Shown: positions 58,981 to 64,000 of the stretch, piece after piece
Numbering within the stretch: position 1 is the first letter of the stretch
Layout: every line of letters begins with the position of its first letter
NCBI GenBank assembly: GCA_965205015.1
Contig: OZ242029.1
Span: 352,001-416,000, forward strand
Direction of reading: 5' to 3'
DNA: 64,000 bases
Source of the DNA: Candidatus Poribacteria bacterium
Lineage (GTDB): Bacteria; Poribacteria; WGA-4E; WGA-3G
The notes under the pieces: model-generated
Database searches by the model: none
What the model was told of the DNA's origin: nothing
The model's input: only the letters and a program-made list of their open reading frames with translations
Position numbers and translations under genes: made by a program

Positions 58981-61545
58981 ATGAAACTGATAAGAAACCT
59001 CTATACCTTTTCTATTCTTACATGGATAGCCGTTGGCTACCTAACACCGGTAACAGCACAGAACACCGCCGAGAACGCAAGCAAGACAGCCGCTCCGACA
59101 GATTATTTTCAACGGGTTACGCTCTTCTCGGACGGTAGAATCACGCGCTTTACACAAATGCCGATTCGCGTGCATATCTCACCAACCCTCAAGGCACTTC
59201 CCTACCTAACAGCAATACGCTACGCTATGAACGCCTGGGAATCCGCGACCGATGGGAAAATCAGGTTTCAAGAGACCGAAACCCCGGAGCAGGCAGACAT
59301 CAGCGTCACTGAAACCTATAGCGGTCGCCTGAGTTTCCTTGATACGCGACTCGGGAGTGCGGAGTTAACGCGGCTTAAAAAGAGGCATCGGCAAGATAGT
59401 TATCGGTCTTCGGTGAACGGTTATCAGTTAAAGACGGATGTGCTACACGAAAACCTCTTACCGACACCTGACGGTTTCCAACAACTGACACCCCTTCCCT
59501 CTGAAAGCCAATTCACTGTAGCGGTTATCCTGGTATTGGAAGGCGACGGCACTATCGGGGAACTGACACCAGAAGAGATGCGGACGGTGTGCCTACATGA
59601 ATTTGGACACGCTATCGGGCTATGGGGGCATAGTCCGGATACCCTTGATGTCTGTCACGCGATGGCGACCGCCCAATACCCAACCCAGCGTGATATCAAC
59701 ACCTTGCTGAAACTCTACAACACACCGCTCCATACATCACAACACGAGATCGCTATTGACCTACTCAAAAAGGAGATCCAAACGAATCCGAGACTTGCGC
59801 GTCCGCACTATCTGCTCGGTACAGTCCATTTCGATAAAGGTGATATGACACCCGCGATCGCCAATTTTCAGAATTGTCTTGGGATCGATCCTAACTTTGA
59901 ACCGGCAAGGGGCAAACTGATTCAAGCGTATGAAAAAACAGGGCAGTCGAACCAAGCGATCCGCCTCGTTGAACAGCGCGTAAAAAGCCAGCAAGGACAC
60001 CGTTCTTTCCGTGAAAGTGCTGATAACTACAACTATCTCGGCACCCTCTATTACCGACAGGGGGACGTAGACAAGGCGATAGAGGCGTTTGAAAATGTCC
60101 TGAAACGCTCGCCGCACCACAAAGTCGCAAAACGAAACCTACATCAACTCTTCCGTCAAAAAGCGTTCAACGCCTTGAAGCGCAACGCTTTCGACGAGGC
60201 AACCACATATTTTCAGAGAGCCATCCCTCTCGACCCGCAAAATGCTACCACCTATCGACTCATGGGTGACGGATATGCCCATGTCTCTCAGTTCTCCAAA
60301 GCGATTCCATACTACCAAAAGGCATTAGAAATCGCACCCGACGATGCGACAGCGCAGAAGAACCTCGTGCAGAGTTATAATAACTACGGCGTGACGCTCA
60401 GAAATAAGGGTGAATGGGACGAGGCGATTCGCGCCTATCGTAACGCATTAGAATTACAACCTGCCTATCAACTCACCAAAACAAATTTGATCGATGCGCT
60501 TTGGCAAAAAGCGAACGCCCACCGGCAATCGGGACGGACCTCCACGGCAATTACGACGTACCTCGAATTGCAGAAACTACATCCAAGCGATACGACTATC
60601 GCGAGCCTGCTTGGGGAACTGTATCTCAAAGTTCGGGACTATCCCGCAGCGATTTCGGCGTTCCACAAGGTCTACACGGAGACCCTGCCCACTGACAAAC
60701 ACGCGCAGCAGAACCTCATCGCTGCGTATCAACAATACGCACGCGCCTTGAGAAACCGGAGAGATTACAGGGCTGCCCTTGGACAACTCCAGAAGGCGGT
60801 AGACCTCTTTCCGACTGACATCAATCTCCGTTTGAACCTATCGCAGGCGTATCAACATGTCGGCAAATATGAACAGGCAGAAAGCGAATTAGAACAGATA
60901 TTGGCGCGAGACCCGGAGAATAAAAACGCAAAAACAGAACTCGTGAACCTCCAGATCCGACGTGGAAATGCCTTGATGAACCGGAAGAAATACGCAGCAG
61001 CAGCGGCTGTCTTTGAGGCGATCCCGGCATCCGAAAAAACGATAGATATGCACAACATGATCGGCTATCTCTATCTTGTGCAGGATCAGCATCTGAAGGC
61101 GTTGTCGACCTTTGAGACCGTCCTCACGAAACAGCCGAGGAATGCCGTCGCATATCAAAATCTGCTCTCCCTTGAATCGCAACTATTGGTGACTGTTGAC
61201 CAAGCGAGAACAGCGGCGCAGTCCAACACCGATACCGGTGAAGCGGCTCCAAACCCCAACACAACGCCGATCCCTCCCGACCCGACTGCGGAGAAGTTGT
61301 CGCGTGTGCAATGCGCTCTTGCAAACTGTCTACTGAATCGCAAACAGCCGAAAAATGCGATGGAGAAATACCGACAAGCGTTAAAAGCCGAACCCTACAC
61401 GCCAGAACTGCAAGCACGCCTTATTGACACCGGCAGGTGGCTCGCCAACTACTTTCAGAAGCAAAACGACACCGAGAGTTATGAGACGATTGTTCGGTGG
61501 GCAACAGCGTTGGATAGCGATTTTAGAGAATCGTTGGAGCCTTAG
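58981..61545 (+). CDS. Matrixin-like metallopeptidase with long TPR array
   Basis: Signal peptide; LHEFGHAIGLWGHS; numerous TPRs. Confidence 0.88.
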   Translation: MKLIRNLYTFSILTWIAVGYLTPVTAQNTAENASKTAAPTDYFQRVTLFSDGRITRFTQMPIRVHISPTLKALPYLTAIRYAMNAWESATDGKIRFQETETPEQADISVTETYSGRLSFLDTRLGSAELTRLKKRHRQDSYRSSVNGYQLKTDVLHENLLPTPDGFQQLTPLPSESQFTVAVILVLEGDGTIGELTPEEMRTVCLHEFGHAIGLWGHSPDTLDVCHAMATAQYPTQRDINTLLKLYNTPLHTSQHEIAIDLLKKEIQTNPRLARPHYLLGTVHFDKGDMTPAIANFQNCLGIDPNFEPARGKLIQAYEKTGQSNQAIRLVEQRVKSQQGHRSFRESADNYNYLGTLYYRQGDVDKAIEAFENVLKRSPHHKVAKRNLHQLFRQKAFNALKRNAFDEATTYFQRAIPLDPQNATTYRLMGDGYAHVSQFSKAIPYYQKALEIAPDDATAQKNLVQSYNNYGVTLRNKGEWDEAIRAYRNALELQPAYQLTKTNLIDALWQKANAHRQSGRTSTAITTYLELQKLHPSDTTIASLLGELYLKVRDYPAAISAFHKVYTETLPTDKHAQQNLIAAYQQYARALRNRRDYRAALGQLQKAVDLFPTDINLRLNLSQAYQHVGKYEQAESELEQILARDPENKNAKTELVNLQIRRGNALMNRKKYAAAAAVFEAIPASEKTIDMHNMIGYLYLVQDQHLKALSTFETVLTKQPRNAVAYQNLLSLESQLLVTVDQARTAAQSNTDTGEAAPNPNTTPIPPDPTAEKLSRVQCALANCLLNRKQPKNAMEKYRQALKAEPYTPELQARLIDTGRWLANYFQKQNDTESYETIVRWATALDSDFRESLEP

Positions 61546-61884
61546 TGTTTTATCCATGCAGAACGTCCAGAAACGTCTTCGCTGGCGCGGTTTCATGAAG
61601 ATTAATTTATTCATTCGGTAATTTTCCTGTTCGCACGAGGTGGCTGTACCCCTGCTGGCGAGGTTTCCTAACCTCGCCATATTACCGACCTTCCCGTCTC
61701 CTTCCGTGCCGTTCACAGAAATTAGCACCATCCCTGTCATCCGCGATTCAGACAAAAATGTTGCGTTCCCCAGAAAAAGGCTGTATAATAGAACATAACC
61801 TAAACATTCCATTATCAGCAGGATGTGCATCGAGATTGTAACACCTTCTACACCGGCCAACTTGTTACAAGGGGATTCTCTCAG

Positions 61885-62490
61885 ATGGCGTATAGCAATT
61901 TTACTTTAGACACAGTGCTGGAAGCGTTCGATTTAGAAGAGGTTGATGTCGCCGGTATCTTTTCAGATATAGAACCGATAGCCCCGAGCACACTTCTCAC
62001 CACAGTGTTGGATCGAAACGTCCCATTAGCGTTTGCTATCGGTACTGAGAAGGCAAAATCAGAACTCATTGTTGCCTTCGTTCTGGTTGAGCTCCGGGAA
62101 CACTTTGAGCGACGCATCAGTTTTTTTTCTGGGATTGACTTTAACGTGAATGCCGAAGACGGGCTCACCGGGGTTTGCGATTTTCTGGTAAGTTTATCGC
62201 CGAAGCAATTCTATTTGGAAGCCCCGGCACTCATCCTTGTTGAGGCAAAAAGGGACGATCTGACAGCAGGGCTCGGGCAGTGCGTTGCGGAAATGGTGGC
62301 TGCACAACGTTTTAACGCCGAACAAGGGAATGATATCCCTTGCATCTACGGGACTATCACATCGGGCATAGATTGGCTCTTCCTCAAGTTGGAGGGAAAG
62401 AAACTCTACATTGACATGAGTGCCTATCAAATCGCGCAATGCGATATAATCCTCGGTATCCTCACAAATATGGTTGAACAAAAGGCATAG
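61885..62490 (+). CDS. Conserved hypothetical protein (restriction-endonuclease-like fold)
   Basis: MAYSNFTL, TEKAKSELIV, GVCDFL, VEAKR..GLGQCVAEMVAAQRFN. Confidence 0.8.
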   Translation: MAYSNFTLDTVLEAFDLEEVDVAGIFSDIEPIAPSTLLTTVLDRNVPLAFAIGTEKAKSELIVAFVLVELREHFERRISFFSGIDFNVNAEDGLTGVCDFLVSLSPKQFYLEAPALILVEAKRDDLTAGLGQCVAEMVAAQRFNAEQGNDIPCIYGTITSGIDWLFLKLEGKKLYIDMSAYQIAQCDIILGILTNMVEQKA

Positions 62491-62532
62491 GGAGAATTCA
62501 TTACCTAATCGAATTTTTAACCTCACAAAACA

Positions 62533-63990
62533 ATGGCACAACAAAACGTAACACTCCAAAAACTTGATGAATATCGCTGGCGGATTCCGAAGAGTTACAT
62601 GAAAGGGATGCGTGTAGATGGCATCATTTATGCCAACGAGAAACTCCTCGAACACGCCAAAAGTGATGAGGCATTGCAACAGGTCGCGAACGTCGCGCAT
62701 CTTCCGGGTATCGTCGGACACTCCCTCGCTATGCCCGATTTGCACTGGGGATACGGCTTCGTCATTGGGGGTGTCGCGGCGACCGATCCACAGGCGGATG
62801 GCGTTGTCTCTCCCGGCGGCATCGGATACGACATCAACTGCGGCGTCCGGCTCATTCGGACCAACCTCAATGTCTCGCAACTTGAAGGGAAGCGGAAAGC
62901 ACTTGTCGCCAAGTTGTTTCAAAACGTTCCGTGTGGCGTAGGCTCAAGTGGCAAAATTCGGCTCACTGTCCAAGAAGAGCGGCAGATGTTAGAGAAAGGC
63001 GCGCGGTGGGCAATCGAACGGGAATATGGTCACGCAGAAGACCTCGACTTCACAGAAGCGACCGGTTTCCTCCAACACGCAAACGCCGACGCGGCGAGCC
63101 AGCGCGCCTTAGAACGCGGGAAAAATCAACTCGGCACCCTCGGTTCCGGCAACCATTTCCTTGAAGTGCAAACCGTTGACCGTATTTTTTACCGAGAAGC
63201 CGCTGACGCCATGGGATTGCGGGAGGGCAATATCTGCGTCATGATCCACACCGGTTCGCGCGGTTTCGGCTACCAGATCTGTGATGAACACGTCAAAAGT
63301 TGGGTCAAAGTCGCTCAGAGATACGGCATAAAGCTCCCCGACCGACAACTCGCCTCCGCCCCGATCAACTCACCAGAGGGACAGGATTACATCACGGCGA
63401 TGGCGTGTAGTGCAAATTACGCGTGGAACAATCGACAGTGTATCATGCACCTCGTCCGCCAGACCTTCATGCAGTTCTTTGAAACGACGGAAGACGAACT
63501 CGGCTTAGAACTCGTCTACGATGTGGCACATAACATCGGAAAGTTTGAGAAACACATCGTCAATGGCAAAGAACGCGAGTTGTTTATCCATCGCAAAGGC
63601 GCGACGCGTGCATTCCCAGCGGGGCATCCTGAGATCCCCGATAAATACCAGAAAGTCGGGCAACCCGTCCTTATCCCCGGCGACATGGGAACCGCCTCCT
63701 ACGTGCTTGTCGGGAATCCGGGCGCGATGGCAGAGACGTGGGGCACAACCTGCCACGGTGCCGGTAGAGTGCTCTCACGGCGAAAGGCGATCGCCTTGAC
63801 GAAAGGACGTTCCATCCAGAAGGATTTGGAGGCACAAGGTATCTACGTCCGAGCAGAAGGCAGACGCACGCTCCAAGAAGAGGTTCCCGAAGCCTACAAA
63901 GACGTTGATGAAGTCGTCCGTGTCGTTGACAAAGCCGGGCTTTCCCGGCGGGTCGCACGCCTCCGTCCCATCGGTGTTGTAAAAGGTTAA
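62533..63990 (+). CDS. rtcB: RNA-splicing/repair ligase RtcB
   Basis: MPDLHWGYGF, GYDINCGVR, LGTLGSGNHFLEVQ, HRKGATRAF, HGAGR. Confidence 0.97.
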   Translation: MAQQNVTLQKLDEYRWRIPKSYMKGMRVDGIIYANEKLLEHAKSDEALQQVANVAHLPGIVGHSLAMPDLHWGYGFVIGGVAATDPQADGVVSPGGIGYDINCGVRLIRTNLNVSQLEGKRKALVAKLFQNVPCGVGSSGKIRLTVQEERQMLEKGARWAIEREYGHAEDLDFTEATGFLQHANADAASQRALERGKNQLGTLGSGNHFLEVQTVDRIFYREAADAMGLREGNICVMIHTGSRGFGYQICDEHVKSWVKVAQRYGIKLPDRQLASAPINSPEGQDYITAMACSANYAWNNRQCIMHLVRQTFMQFFETTEDELGLELVYDVAHNIGKFEKHIVNGKERELFIHRKGATRAFPAGHPEIPDKYQKVGQPVLIPGDMGTASYVLVGNPGAMAETWGTTCHGAGRVLSRRKAIALTKGRSIQKDLEAQGIYVRAEGRRTLQEEVPEAYKDVDEVVRVVDKAGLSRRVARLRPIGVVKG

Positions 63991-64000
63991 ACTTTTAACG

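Noticed and set aside
40320-63990. ThpR plus RtcB as a linked RNA-repair system
   Set aside because: They are about 21 kb apart, and thpR is in its usual pgsA-recA context
1-64000. tRNA, rRNA, prophage or integrase
   Set aside because: No such signatures were recognised by eye

Overview
Bacterial chromosomal window, about 50% GC. The gene content strongly resembles Candidatus Poribacteria (inference): LamG, FGE/SUMF1, WD40 and TPR proteins, 'NYPNPFNPETWIPY' C-terminal domains, 'KLTTTWADIK'-type tails and many short palindromic repeats. Core genes are metH, lolA-pgsA-thpR-recA, ppdK and rtcB. There is a complete actinobacterial-type Pup-proteasome operon (arc-dop-pup-prcB-prcA-pafA) whose ATPase ends in GTFL instead of GQYL, with apparently matching changes in PrcA. 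Mobile DNA comprises two tnpA-less IS200/IS605 tnpB elements, one ISAs1, a tandem IS630 dimer and several MITE/REP-like repeats. An accessory region (about 22-38.8 kb) holds secreted and eukaryote-like repeat proteins and split genes. The most notable unexplained signals are: (1) a pseudoknotted 5' leader RNA with covarying pairs shared by the two divergent tnpB elements; (2) a DGR-like hypervariable C-terminus in paralogous FGE-fold lipoproteins, with no RT or template repeat in the window; (3) the Pup-proteasome docking variant; (4) an intergenic heptamer-repeat element inserted in frame into a metalloprotease gene. No rRNA, tRNA or CRISPR array was seen. All product calls come from motif recognition, not database searches.
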